Origin: Longimicrobiales bacterium
Lineage (GTDB): Bacteria; Gemmatimonadota; Gemmatimonadetes; Longimicrobiales; Gaopeijiaceae
Reading direction: 5' to 3'
Length of the DNA stretch: 64,000 nucleotides
Assembly: GCA_965249725.1 (NCBI GenBank)
Contig: CBDFMQ010000002.1
Coordinates: 1,984,001 to 2,048,000 of the forward strand
A program made the translations under genes and the position numbers. Under the pieces are notes generated by a model. The model was given only the letters and a program-made list of their open reading frames with translations, was not told the DNA's origin and searched no databases. This document shows positions 8,811 to 17,860 of this stretch, piece by piece. Each line of letters opens with the position of its first letter. Position 1 is the first letter of the stretch.

Positions 8811-10277
8811 TCAAGCCGTCGCGGAGCGGCTGCTTCCTCCGCTGAGGCTGAGGGCCTCGAGGGCCCCCAGAAGTTCCTCGGCGACGAAGGGTTTCTTCAG
8901 GAAGGCGATCTCGTAGCTCTGACAGAGGAGGAACTCCTCTTCGTCCAGCGTGGCCCCGCTCATCACGACCGCTCCCGAGTTCTCGAATTCCTTGATGAGT
9001 TCCACCGCGAAGCCGACGCCCTCTCCGTCCGGGAGGATGTGGTCGAAGAGGAGAACGTCGGGCGCCGACTCCGATATCATTCGCCTGGCGCCTTCCACGG
9101 TCGAGGCGAGTCGGACCTCGTGCCCCTCCTCTACGAGGATCCGCTTGATCCAGCCCATGAGGGCCTCGTTGTCATCCACGGCGAGGACGCTCAGAGGCGC
9201 CATCTCTAGACGGGGAGTACCCCCCGCGGCGACGAGGGTCAGGTGGTCACCTTCTTCGTGGAGGTCCACGGTGACGTTGGCTCCCGGCGCAACCTCCCCG
9301 TTCGCCACCATGGCGGCCAACGGCTGAGTCAGGTGCCGGTGAATGGTCCGGCGCAGCTCGCGGGCGCCGTATTCCATGCTCGTCCCCTTGTCGAGCATGA
9401 AGAACCGGGCGGCGGGCGCCACCTCGATCTCGAAGGAGCGGCTGCCGAGGCGACTCTGAACGTGCCGCTGCAGGTCCGTAACGTGCTGTTCCAGGATGGC
9501 GACCAGCGAATCGCTGCCCAGGGGGCGGTACGTGATGACCGCGTCGATTCGGTTGACGAACTCGGGTGAGAAGTGACGCTGCACGGCGCGCAATCCTACC
9601 CTCTCCAGGTGCGCGGCCAGCTCGGGTCCGGGTCGACGCCGTTGCGTGTCGAATCCGAGCCCCGGCTGGATTTCTGCCATCATGTCGCGGGCACCCAGGT
9701 TGCTCGTCAGGAAGATGATGGACTGTTCGAAGTCCACCTCGGACCCGTCACCCAGCCTCAGGGTGGCCCTGTCGAGTACGTCGAGCAGCAGCTGAGCGAG
9801 CGAGGGCGCGGCCTTCTCGATCTCGTCGAAGAGGACCAACGTGAGATCGCTCCGGTCGCTGGCCGAGGAGTCGAGAGTCTCCTGGGTGAGTCTGGGCTCG
9901 GTCTGGGCATGCCCTACGTACCCGGGTGGTGCCCCGATGAGCTTGGCCACTTCGTGCTCGTGTTGGAACTCGCCGCAGTCGATCTGCACGATGCGGCGGA
10001 CGTCCCCGTGCAGCACTTCAGCCAAGGCCTCCACGGTGCGGGTCTTACCGGTGCCCGTCGGCCCGAGCAGCAGAAAGACACCGACCGGCCGGCCCTCGGG
10101 AGCGAGCCCCGATTGATGGAGCTGAATGCTCGGAACGATGTGCTCCAGGGCGTGGGCTTGACCGACGACCTTGCTCGAGAGGAGCCCGATCAGTTCGTCG
10201 GTGCGGCTCGGGCCCCCTACCCGATCGTCCGGCACTTCGTCCCTCGACCCTTTGGCGTCGTCACTGATCCCGCTCAA
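8811..10277 (-). CDS. Clp-family single (D2-type) AAA+ ATPase fused to a C-terminal response-regulator receiver domain
   Basis: VVGQ start of D2, GPTGTGKT, KLIGAPPGYVG pore loop, LFDEIEKA, PEFVNRID and YGARELRR, then a receiver with VDD, FDHILPDG, MSG and KKPF. GGAGG RBS precedes the TTG start. Confidence 0.85.
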   Translation of the reverse strand: MSGISDDAKGSRDEVPDDRVGGPSRTDELIGLLSSKVVGQAHALEHIVPSIQLHQSGLAPEGRPVGVFLLLGPTGTGKTRTVEALAEVLHGDVRRIVQIDCGEFQHEHEVAKLIGAPPGYVGHAQTEPRLTQETLDSSASDRSDLTLVLFDEIEKAAPSLAQLLLDVLDRATLRLGDGSEVDFEQSIIFLTSNLGARDMMAEIQPGLGFDTQRRRPGPELAAHLERVGLRAVQRHFSPEFVNRIDAVITYRPLGSDSLVAILEQHVTDLQRHVQSRLGSRSFEIEVAPAARFFMLDKGTSMEYGARELRRTIHRHLTQPLAAMVANGEVAPGANVTVDLHEEGDHLTLVAAGGTPRLEMAPLSVLAVDDNEALMGWIKRILVEEGHEVRLASTVEGARRMISESAPDVLLFDHILPDGEGVGFAVELIKEFENSGAVVMSGATLDEEEFLLCQSYEIAFLKKPFVAEELLGALEALSLSGGSSRSATA

Positions 10278-10316
10278 CTCGACCCTCCGTGTAGGATGTC
10301 ATGTTTCAGTAGGCCG

Positions 10317-11192
10317 TCACCCGCCGGCACTCGAGGATTCCTGCCCGGCACCGGTCTCTACGCTGGCTCCGACCAAGTTACCCCACTCCGTCCAGGACCC
10401 GTCGTAGTTCTTGATGTCGTCGTACCCGAGCAGGTACTTCAGCACGAACCACGAGTGACTGCTGCGCTCGCCGATGCGGCAGTACGTGATGATGGGCTGT
10501 TGTCCAGTGATCCCGCGATCGGCGTACACCGTGGCCAACTCGTCCCGCGACTTGAACGTACCGTCCTCGTCGTTGACCGCCATGCCCCAGGGAATGTTGG
10601 ACGCACCGGGAATGTGGCCTCCCCGCTGACAGGTCTCCGGGAGGCCGGGGGGAGCCAGAATCTCTCCGCTGAATTCGGCCGGGCTACGGACGTCCACCAG
10701 CTCGACCGCATTGTCGCTGACCTGTGCCTGCACTTCAGGCAAGAAGGCGCGAAGTGTGAGATCGGCCTCGGCGGCCTGATACCCCGTGGAGGATACCGAC
10801 GGCACCGCGGTCGTCATGTCCCGCCCCTCGGCCTCCCACTTCTTGCGCCCACCGTCCATGAGGCGCACGTCCTCATGACCATAGATCTTCAGCTGCCAGA
10901 ACGCCCATGCGGCGAACCAGTTGTTGCTGTCTCCGTAGAGGACGACAGTCGAATCGGGGCCGATGCCGGAGTTGGACAACAGCGCTTCGAGGTCTTCCTT
11001 GGACAGGATGTCACGTCTGATCCGATCGGCGAGTTGGGTCTTCCAACTCCAGCCGATGGCGCCGGACAGATGACTCTGATCGTACAGCTCCGTATCGACG
11101 TCGACCTCGACGATCGTGACTCGATCGTCCTCAGCGTGATCGGTCACCCAATCAGTGGTGACGAGGACTTCGGGGTGTGCATACTCAGACAT
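10317..11192 (-). CDS. Tandem-domain rhodanese / thiosulfate sulfurtransferase (CysA/SseA-like)
   Basis: YAHPEVLVTTDW, GHIPGA, active site YCRIGERS and YDGSWTEWG. AGGAGG RBS. Confidence 0.93.
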   Translation of the reverse strand: MSEYAHPEVLVTTDWVTDHAEDDRVTIVEVDVDTELYDQSHLSGAIGWSWKTQLADRIRRDILSKEDLEALLSNSGIGPDSTVVLYGDSNNWFAAWAFWQLKIYGHEDVRLMDGGRKKWEAEGRDMTTAVPSVSSTGYQAAEADLTLRAFLPEVQAQVSDNAVELVDVRSPAEFSGEILAPPGLPETCQRGGHIPGASNIPWGMAVNDEDGTFKSRDELATVYADRGITGQQPIITYCRIGERSSHSWFVLKYLLGYDDIKNYDGSWTEWGNLVGASVETGAGQESSSAGG

Positions 11193-11269
11193 GGTTGGCC
11201 TCCTGGTAGGAGCCGGCGAGTAGAAGCCCCGGGGCGCGCCCGGGCCGGGTCACAGCAAAATGTGTGAAC

Positions 11270-11288
11270 GATCGGATTCGTTCCGATC
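11270..11288. promoter_or_regulatory. Candidate operator palindrome upstream of the sulfurtransferase
   Basis: Perfect inverted repeat GATCGGA-N5-TCCGATC, ~80 bp upstream of the start in an AT-richer intergenic stretch. Confidence 0.35.
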
Positions 11289-11381
11289 ATACGCCGAGCT
11301 ATTTCAAAAGGAAACCTGGGAAAACGGGGGGAGGCGGCGAGTCGTCGCCCCTTCTGAGGCGCCGGGTCGGGTGGAGATCAG

Positions 11382-11455
11382 ACCCGGTGCAAACCCAGTG
11401 CAGACGGGTGTAAAAACCCGGTGCAGGCCCGGTGCAACCTCAGTGGGTCAGTGGA
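11382..11455. repeat. Degenerate ~11-bp tandem repeat, consensus ACCC(G/A)GTGCA(A/G)
   Basis: GTG cores start at 11387, 11398, 11408, 11421, 11432, 11443 and 11451. Confidence 0.6.
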
Positions 11456-11470
11456 CGAATATGGCTTCCA

Positions 11471-13990
11471 TCATCCGCACTCGCTGTATCCGCAAACGTG
11501 GCACTTGACGCACCCTTCTTCGAACGAGAGCTGACCGGCTCCACACTCGGGGCAGCTGCCGAAGAAGTTGTTTTGATCACCGTGGTCCGCTGCAGGCTGG
11601 GCTTGTGTGCCTCCGGCGCCCGCGCCCACTTCCAGAGGCAGGGTCTCCTGCACTCCGTCCTTCTCGGCCATGTACTTCTCGAGGGCCTGCCCAATGGCGT
11701 CCGGCAGCGACAGCACTTTGTTCGGGCCCACTCCAACGGCGCGATCCGACGAGATTCCGCGGAGTTGATCCCTGACTGCCGGAATCGGGATGCCGGACCG
11801 GAGAGCCAATGAGATCAAACGACCGACTGCTTCGGCGTCGGCCGTGGCAGCGCCGCCCGCTTTACCGAGCGTGCAGAAGACCTCGAAGGCACGCCCGTCT
11901 TCGTCTTCGTTGATAGTTACGTAGCAGTCGCCGAGCGGTGAACTCATCTTTACCGTGCGGCCCCGAAGCATCGAAGGACGCTGCCGCTTGTGTCGTCCGG
12001 CCGCCGCGGTGAGATCCTGCTCCTGTTGGTCCCGATGTACCTGCTCCAACTCCACGTGAAGTCCGTGCAGCGACTCGCGGGCGTCCGCAAGCAGATGTTC
12101 GAGCTCGAGCACCTCAGGGCTGCTGTCACCGCTCTCAGACTGCTCCGTCTTACCCGTGGACAGGACTTGGCCCTCCCTCGATCCATCCCGGTACACGGTG
12201 ACGCCCTTGCACTGGAGGTCGAACGCGAGCTGATAGATCTGCCTGACGTCCTCCTCCGAGGCCTCCGTGGGGAAGTTCGTGGTCTTCGAGATGGCCGAAT
12301 CCGTGTGCTCCTGGAACGCCGCCTGCATCCGCACATGCCACTCGGGTGTGATGTCGTGAGCGGTCTTGAAGACCGCCTGAACCTCTTCAGGTACCTCGTC
12401 GAAGTGGATGTGCCCCTCCTCCGCGATCCGTGTCATCAGATCTTCGGAGTACCAGCCCTCCGCGTGAGCCCGAGCCACGAAGTCCGGGTTGACATCGGGC
12501 ATCAAAGCACCGGCCTGATTGCGCATGAAGGCAACTGCGAAGATCGGCTCGATGCCTCCTGAACATCCGGCGAAGATGGAGATGGTGCCGGTCGGAGCCA
12601 CCGTGGTGAGGTTGCAGTTGCGCAGGCGACGCTCGGGCCTGATGCGGCGTCCCTCTTTGTCCCGGGCGCAGACATCGTCGGGACCCCAAATCGACTCCTC
12701 CCAGGCGGGGAACGCTCCGCGCGTTTCGGCCAGCCTCTCCGAGGCGTTACGAGACTCCTCGTTGAGGAAGCCCATGACCTTCCGCCCCATCTCGACGCCT
12801 TCGGGTGTGTCGTAGGGGATTCCCAACTTGATGAGCATGTCCGCCCAACCCATCACACCGAGGCCGATACGGCGAATCGTCTGGGCCAGCTCCGTGATGG
12901 CCGGGAGAGGATACCGGTTCGCGTCGATGACGTTGTCCAAGAAGTGGGTGGACAGCGCTACGGTTTGGCGCAGGCCGTCCCAGTCGATCATTTCGGCCGG
13001 CTCGGCGTCCGCCGGGGCGTCTTCGTGTACGAACGTCGCCAGGTTGATGCTTCCGAGATTGCAGACGTCATACGGGAGCAGCGGCTGCTCGCCACACGGG
13101 TTCGTCGCCTCGTAGACGCCGAGCTTGGGAACCGGATTGAAGGCGTTGGCGCGGTCGATGAAGAACGTGCCGGGCTCACCGGTCTTCCACGCGCCGTGCA
13201 CGATCATGTCGAAGATCTCGCGGGCGTTTTCCTGTCCGACCGCTTCGCCACTCTTCGGGCTCACCAAGTCGTAGCTGGCGTCGCTCCGCACGGCCTCCAT
13301 GAAGGCGTCGGTGAGAGCGACCGAGATGTTGAAGTTGGTGATCTGCGACGTGTCGTCCTTACAGGTGATGAACGACCGAATGTCCGGATGATCGACCCGC
13401 AGGATGCCCATGTTCGCTCCCCGCCTCGTCCCACCCTGCTTCACCACCTCGGTGCTCGCGTCGTAGAGGCGCATGAACGAAACGGGTCCGGAGGCCACTC
13501 CCATGGTGGACCGAACCTGGGACCCGGTGGTCCGTAGCCGCGAGAAGGAGAAGCCCGTCCCACCTCCGGACTGGTGTACCAGAGCCATGGACTTGAGCGT
13601 GTCGTAGATGCCGCTCGAGCCGTTCGACAGGGCGTCGTCGACGGGAAGGACGAAACACGCGGAAAGCTGACCCAGCGGCCGACCGGCGTTCATGAGGGTG
13701 GGCGAGTTCGGCTCGAACTTGCCATTGGTCATGAGGTCGTAGAACTGGCGCGCGAGCTCCCCGACGGCCGCATCCGACGCCCCGTGGTCCCTGTCCGTGC
13801 CGGCGATGACGCTCGCCACCCGCCAGAACATGGTCTCGGGCTCTTCGATCGGGTTGCCGTGCTCGTCCTTCTTCAGGTACCGCTTGGCCAGAACGATGCG
13901 CGCGTTCTCTGAGAGATTCGCAGGAGGAACGTCCTCCGGGACTACGTCATCGAAGATCTGCGCATCGTCTGAGGGGGAGCCCTGCTTCAT
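11471..13990 (-). CDS. nrdJ: Class II adenosylcobalamin-dependent ribonucleotide reductase
   Basis: PNSPTLMNAG, QLSACFV, GGGTGFSFS, RRGANMG, TNPCGEQ, CNLGSINL, APTGTIS, KGVTVYRDGS and a C-terminal CPEC..CHVCG Zn ribbon. No ATP cone is apparent. Confidence 0.95.
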   Translation of the reverse strand: MKQGSPSDDAQIFDDVVPEDVPPANLSENARIVLAKRYLKKDEHGNPIEEPETMFWRVASVIAGTDRDHGASDAAVGELARQFYDLMTNGKFEPNSPTLMNAGRPLGQLSACFVLPVDDALSNGSSGIYDTLKSMALVHQSGGGTGFSFSRLRTTGSQVRSTMGVASGPVSFMRLYDASTEVVKQGGTRRGANMGILRVDHPDIRSFITCKDDTSQITNFNISVALTDAFMEAVRSDASYDLVSPKSGEAVGQENAREIFDMIVHGAWKTGEPGTFFIDRANAFNPVPKLGVYEATNPCGEQPLLPYDVCNLGSINLATFVHEDAPADAEPAEMIDWDGLRQTVALSTHFLDNVIDANRYPLPAITELAQTIRRIGLGVMGWADMLIKLGIPYDTPEGVEMGRKVMGFLNEESRNASERLAETRGAFPAWEESIWGPDDVCARDKEGRRIRPERRLRNCNLTTVAPTGTISIFAGCSGGIEPIFAVAFMRNQAGALMPDVNPDFVARAHAEGWYSEDLMTRIAEEGHIHFDEVPEEVQAVFKTAHDITPEWHVRMQAAFQEHTDSAISKTTNFPTEASEEDVRQIYQLAFDLQCKGVTVYRDGSREGQVLSTGKTEQSESGDSSPEVLELEHLLADARESLHGLHVELEQVHRDQQEQDLTAAAGRHKRQRPSMLRGRTVKMSSPLGDCYVTINEDEDGRAFEVFCTLGKAGGAATADAEAVGRLISLALRSGIPIPAVRDQLRGISSDRAVGVGPNKVLSLPDAIGQALEKYMAEKDGVQETLPLEVGAGAGGTQAQPAADHGDQNNFFGSCPECGAGQLSFEEGCVKCHVCGYSECG

Positions 13991-14110
13991 GCCGCTCTTG
14001 CTCCATCGATCAAATGTGGGAAGTCGGTGGAAACACGACACATCCACCGTTTAAAACCGGAGACACGTGGCTCCGCCATTGCAGTTTTATGTGGAAAAGT
14101 TCCCTGAGTA

Positions 14111-14158
14111 CCACGAAATCTAGAGGTATCCCCAACGTACACCCCCTATATCTTGTGG
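14111..14158. promoter_or_regulatory. Tandem NrdR boxes upstream of nrdJ
   Basis: CCACGAAATCTAGAGG (14111-14126) and CCCCTATATCTTGTGG (14143-14158) match the NrdR-box consensus acaCwAtATaTwGtgt and start 32 bp apart. Confidence 0.8.
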
Positions 14159-14346
14159 TCAAGAGTTTTTCGCGCATTGGACCACAAGTCCCGTAATTTC
14201 ACTCGTTTTCGCCTGGCGCCGCCGCTGCCGGAGGGTCGAAAACCCGTCCCGACAGTTGGAAAAGGCACCGGCCTGGCCCTATCTTGCCTGCCGTCGGATG
14301 TGGACAGCCTCAGCCGTCTCACGAGGGAGATCTACGCGGGAGATCA

Positions 14347-14715
14347 GTGGTAAGAAGTTTACGCAGAGTCGTCGAGTTGGGATTTCCCGTCCTCGGCATG
14401 GTCATCGTGTTCGGCGGCGTCCTATTCGTCTCCCCGAGCAACCTCCAACTCCAGATCATCGTGGTCCTCGTGGGGGTCCTGATGCTGGAAGCCGGTGTCT
14501 GGGGTCTCACGAGTCAAATCCTTCCGAACGAGCGCACCTACACCGCTCTCAGGGACGAAGGCGATCACTTCATCAACCTCATCCGAAACCTCAACACCGC
14601 AGCCGTAGGGAAGGAATCCGGCTCACCGGGAAGCGATCAGCGATTCGACGAGGCGAAGGCTGCGATGCACGTGTCCGTCGATCGCATGGCGGAGTTGGCG
14701 GGGGAGGAGCGCTGA
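14347..14715 (+). CDS. Small hypothetical membrane protein (2 predicted TM helices)
   Basis: Two hydrophobic segments followed by a helical tail. GTG start chosen at 14347. Confidence 0.6.
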   Translation: MVRSLRRVVELGFPVLGMVIVFGGVLFVSPSNLQLQIIVVLVGVLMLEAGVWGLTSQILPNERTYTALRDEGDHFINLIRNLNTAAVGKESGSPGSDQRFDEAKAAMHVSVDRMAELAGEER

Positions 14716-14731
14716 CCTAGGGGGCCGGCGC

Positions 14732-17700
14732 TCAGAAGGCGGTCCCCAGGCGAAGATACAGCGGGTCGTCCGCTTCATCGTTCAGCGTGAGAGCCGCCCC
14801 TAACCTGAAGAACAGACGCGTATTGAACAGCGCGAGGACCGAGATCTGGAGTTCGGCTCCCACCGATCCCAGCGTCGACCGCCGTGGGTTGAGTTGGTCG
14901 ATGGCCGGGTCCGCGTCTCCCCAGGCGTTCCCGGTATCTGCGAAGAGGGCCCCGCTGACCCGGTCAACGTGCAGCGGGAAGAATCCCCAGCCCTTATGAA
15001 CGTTCAGGATCGGGAATCGGTACTCCGCCGACGCCGTCCAGGCATAGCGCCCGGAGCGTTGGCCCTGGAAGTACCCCCTGACGGGCAGCAGAAGCGGCGT
15101 CCCGCCGAACAGTTCGAGGCCCGTGAGGTCCTCCGTGCGCCCCTGGGCTCCACCGACATCGAAGTGAAAACCGTTCGCCCCCGGCCCGAAGGCCCCTCCC
15201 GCCGAGGCGCGCCACGCGAACACGTGACGGGAAAAACCCGGTCCAGAAAACGCGTGGTACCCTCGCACCCTCCCCGACACCTCTCGGAAGCTCCGATCGA
15301 TCCCGGGGACTCCGCGCATCTCACTCAAAAGCGACAGCTCGTGTCGGGCCCGCAGGCGTAGGAACCCGCCCACGCCGGCCTCGGCGGTCGTGGAGTATGC
15401 GAACGACCGTGCGTTGTTGAAGGACGCGGTCGTCGAGACCTCCCCCAATCTCCGCTCGGGTCGCGAGAGTGTGACCGTACTCGCATCCAGGTTCTCGTCG
15501 AACACGTCGAGCTGCTGCCAGATGTGGGCAGCGGAGAACGACAGCGCCGTACTGGTTCGAATCCGTTGTCGGACTAGGGTCACCGACCCCCTCATCGCCC
15601 GATCGCGCTGAGCGATGAACATCTGCAGCGTGTCGCCGGACTCCGCCTCGAAGTCGAGTGGGCCGGTCATCGCATGATCCTGCCCGAGAGAGAGCCCGAG
15701 GAATGGGTTGCCGCGGCCCGAGTAGGTGTAGGCGAGATCGACATCGGTCCGGCCGCTCTCCCGAACGACGGCCTCGGCTCCGTAGGAGTGCCTCCCTACC
15801 AGATCCTGCCCATCGATGCGCACGCCGTATCCCGGCCGCAGCACTTCCCTGCCCTCACGTTTCACGGCCGATGTGTAGATCGGCTCCCAGGACCGGGGCA
15901 GGAGCGTCTCCAGAGCCCGATACGGGCGGGATTGACCCGACACCTGCCGTGCGAACAGGTCCGCAGCCGCGTCTCCTCCACGGGTGAAGCCGACCTTCAT
16001 CGGGAGCGGATCGAACCACGAGCCGGGGTCGTAACGAATACGCTCCACGTCCCAACCGTGGGCGTGATAGCTGGAGAAGTAGATCCACGCACCCGACGGA
16101 TCCACGGAAGGGTAGCTGCTCCCTCCGAGCATGTTGGTGACTTGGCGGAGAGGGCCCGGTGCCCCCGATACCGGGTCGATGGACACGGCATAGAGGTTGG
16201 GAATCCCGCTCCGGTCCGATGACCAGAGGAGCTGTCCGTCCGGGCTCCAGGTCGCAGCCTGGTCGGTAGCCCGATCGTTGGTTATGCGGTGGACGATCCG
16301 GCCTTCCACATCCAGCAGGAACACGTCGTAGAAGGCACCGGGGCTCCATCGGGACGCTGCGATCCAGCGGCCATCCGGAGACCAGCTCGGAAGGGCCCAG
16401 TGTTCCGTGGCGACCGACTCCGTGAGAGGCTCGACCGCCCCGGTCGTGAGGTCCACACGGACCAGCCGGTTCGTGCCCGACCCGTCCTGGACGGCCACGG
16501 CGTACCGTCCGTCCGGTGAAACGGTGGGCTGGGCGAGACGAGCCCCGCGCGTCACCCAGTGCTCTTCACCGTCCTGATCGACGCGCACCAGGTCCGACCG
16601 GATGCGGTAGGGGTCCGTGTATTCCTGCTCGGCCACGAGCACCTGTCCGTCCGGCAGCCAGGTCCAATCCGCGACGCTGTTCACTCGGGTGAGCTTCCGG
16701 CTGTCCGATCCGTCCGGGTTCGCCACGCGGATCTGAATGTCGCTTCGCCCATCGGAGCGCAGGTAGGCGAGGCGCGTGCCGTCGAGGGAGACCTCGGGGA
16801 AAAGCGCCCTGCGCCCGGCCTGAGCGACGGGTTCCCCTCGGGTGAGGGGTGCGTGGGCTGCGAGGGCGTCGGCCTGCCCGCGGTAGCGGGTCTCGAGCTC
16901 GTCCCGCCACACCGACCACGCCTCACGGAAGCCGATTCCGAAGGCATCCTTCGCCCCTGATTCGATTCGCCACGGGACGATCTGCCGTGCGATGGCGTCT
17001 ACGAACTCTCCCATCCGCTCCTCACCGTAGGCAGCCAACATGTGGTCGAAGAACGAGGCGCCGTAGACGTACACCCGGCTACCGGCGGGCCAGTTGGGCG
17101 AAAGGCCGGAGACCTGATCCGGGCCCTCGAACCCGTCCTCGAGTATGGCCGTTCGGAGAACCATGTCATGGAAGCTGCCGTTCACCCTCCCCGACTCGGT
17201 GAGCGCCGACTCGTAGTAGGTAGCCATTCCCTCCCCGATCCACGCGGGAACGTCGTATCCCGGGAATGCGGGCCAATCCGCCGAGGATCGCCCTAGAACC
17301 GCCCGCACGAGAGACCCTAGCGGTCCTGCATGATCGAGGTGGAAGACGTGTACCAGCTCGTGCGTAACCACTGTCTCGAGCCAATCGTCGAAGTGCGTGG
17401 AGTTGAAGCCTCCCATGGGAGGACGCACAAACACGGTGATACGGTTGTAGGGGAGGGCGTTCGCGAAGCCGTTGCTCCGATCCGCATGATCGGTCAGCAG
17501 GAGCTCGATCCGGCCGCCCGGCGGGTCGAGGAGCCTCTCGCTCAGATAAGCATAGGCGCGCTCCGCCCGCTCCCCCGCCCTTCTTGAAACATCCTCGAGA
17601 TCCGCCGGGAAGGTGACGCGGAAATGGGCCGTCTCCAGGCTTCGCCAATCCTCGTCCGGCGGCACCTGGCCCCCCCCGGCGCTCGTCCAAAGTGCGCCGA

Positions 17701-17743
17701 GGATTACCGAACAGAGCGTAGCTCGCCGACGAAGGCGGCTCAC
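14732..17743 (-). CDS. Secreted/outer-membrane protein: zinc peptidase-like domain + PD40/TolB propeller + C-terminal BamA/TamA-like beta-barrel
   Basis: Signal peptide; HELVH plus EGMATYYE (gluzincin-type); repeated (W/V)SPDG motifs; VRGY and ASAEYRFP; terminal Phe. Confidence 0.75.
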   Translation of the reverse strand: MSRLRRRATLCSVILGALWTSAGGGQVPPDEDWRSLETAHFRVTFPADLEDVSRRAGERAERAYAYLSERLLDPPGGRIELLLTDHADRSNGFANALPYNRITVFVRPPMGGFNSTHFDDWLETVVTHELVHVFHLDHAGPLGSLVRAVLGRSSADWPAFPGYDVPAWIGEGMATYYESALTESGRVNGSFHDMVLRTAILEDGFEGPDQVSGLSPNWPAGSRVYVYGASFFDHMLAAYGEERMGEFVDAIARQIVPWRIESGAKDAFGIGFREAWSVWRDELETRYRGQADALAAHAPLTRGEPVAQAGRRALFPEVSLDGTRLAYLRSDGRSDIQIRVANPDGSDSRKLTRVNSVADWTWLPDGQVLVAEQEYTDPYRIRSDLVRVDQDGEEHWVTRGARLAQPTVSPDGRYAVAVQDGSGTNRLVRVDLTTGAVEPLTESVATEHWALPSWSPDGRWIAASRWSPGAFYDVFLLDVEGRIVHRITNDRATDQAATWSPDGQLLWSSDRSGIPNLYAVSIDPVSGAPGPLRQVTNMLGGSSYPSVDPSGAWIYFSSYHAHGWDVERIRYDPGSWFDPLPMKVGFTRGGDAAADLFARQVSGQSRPYRALETLLPRSWEPIYTSAVKREGREVLRPGYGVRIDGQDLVGRHSYGAEAVVRESGRTDVDLAYTYSGRGNPFLGLSLGQDHAMTGPLDFEAESGDTLQMFIAQRDRAMRGSVTLVRQRIRTSTALSFSAAHIWQQLDVFDENLDASTVTLSRPERRLGEVSTTASFNNARSFAYSTTAEAGVGGFLRLRARHELSLLSEMRGVPGIDRSFREVSGRVRGYHAFSGPGFSRHVFAWRASAGGAFGPGANGFHFDVGGAQGRTEDLTGLELFGGTPLLLPVRGYFQGQRSGRYAWTASAEYRFPILNVHKGWGFFPLHVDRVSGALFADTGNAWGDADPAIDQLNPRRSTLGSVGAELQISVLALFNTRLFFRLGAALTLNDEADDPLYLRLGTAF

Positions 17744-17860
17744 TTCGCTCCTCCGACCTTGTCAAACGGCGTCGTCGTCATCACCCTTCGATCAGTGTTG
17801 CGCTGCCGATGTCAAACAGGGCACTGCGGCCTCCCCTCGATCACTTGAGCCGTCTGTGGC

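Noticed and set aside
9573..11267. 564-aa plus-strand ORF
   Set aside because: Antisense shadow of the clp-REC and rhodanese genes; no motifs. Long shadow ORFs are expected at high GC.
11382..11455. Possible CRISPR array
   Set aside because: Units are about 11 bp and contiguous, with no spacers and no cas genes.
14262..14290. Sigma-54 promoter-like TGGC...TTGC
   Set aside because: The GG to GC spacing is 9 rather than 10 nt, and the alternative alignment lacks the TTGC element.
13991..14346. Cobalamin riboswitch upstream of nrdJ
   Set aside because: No B12-box or other conserved riboswitch elements were visible; NrdR boxes explain the region.
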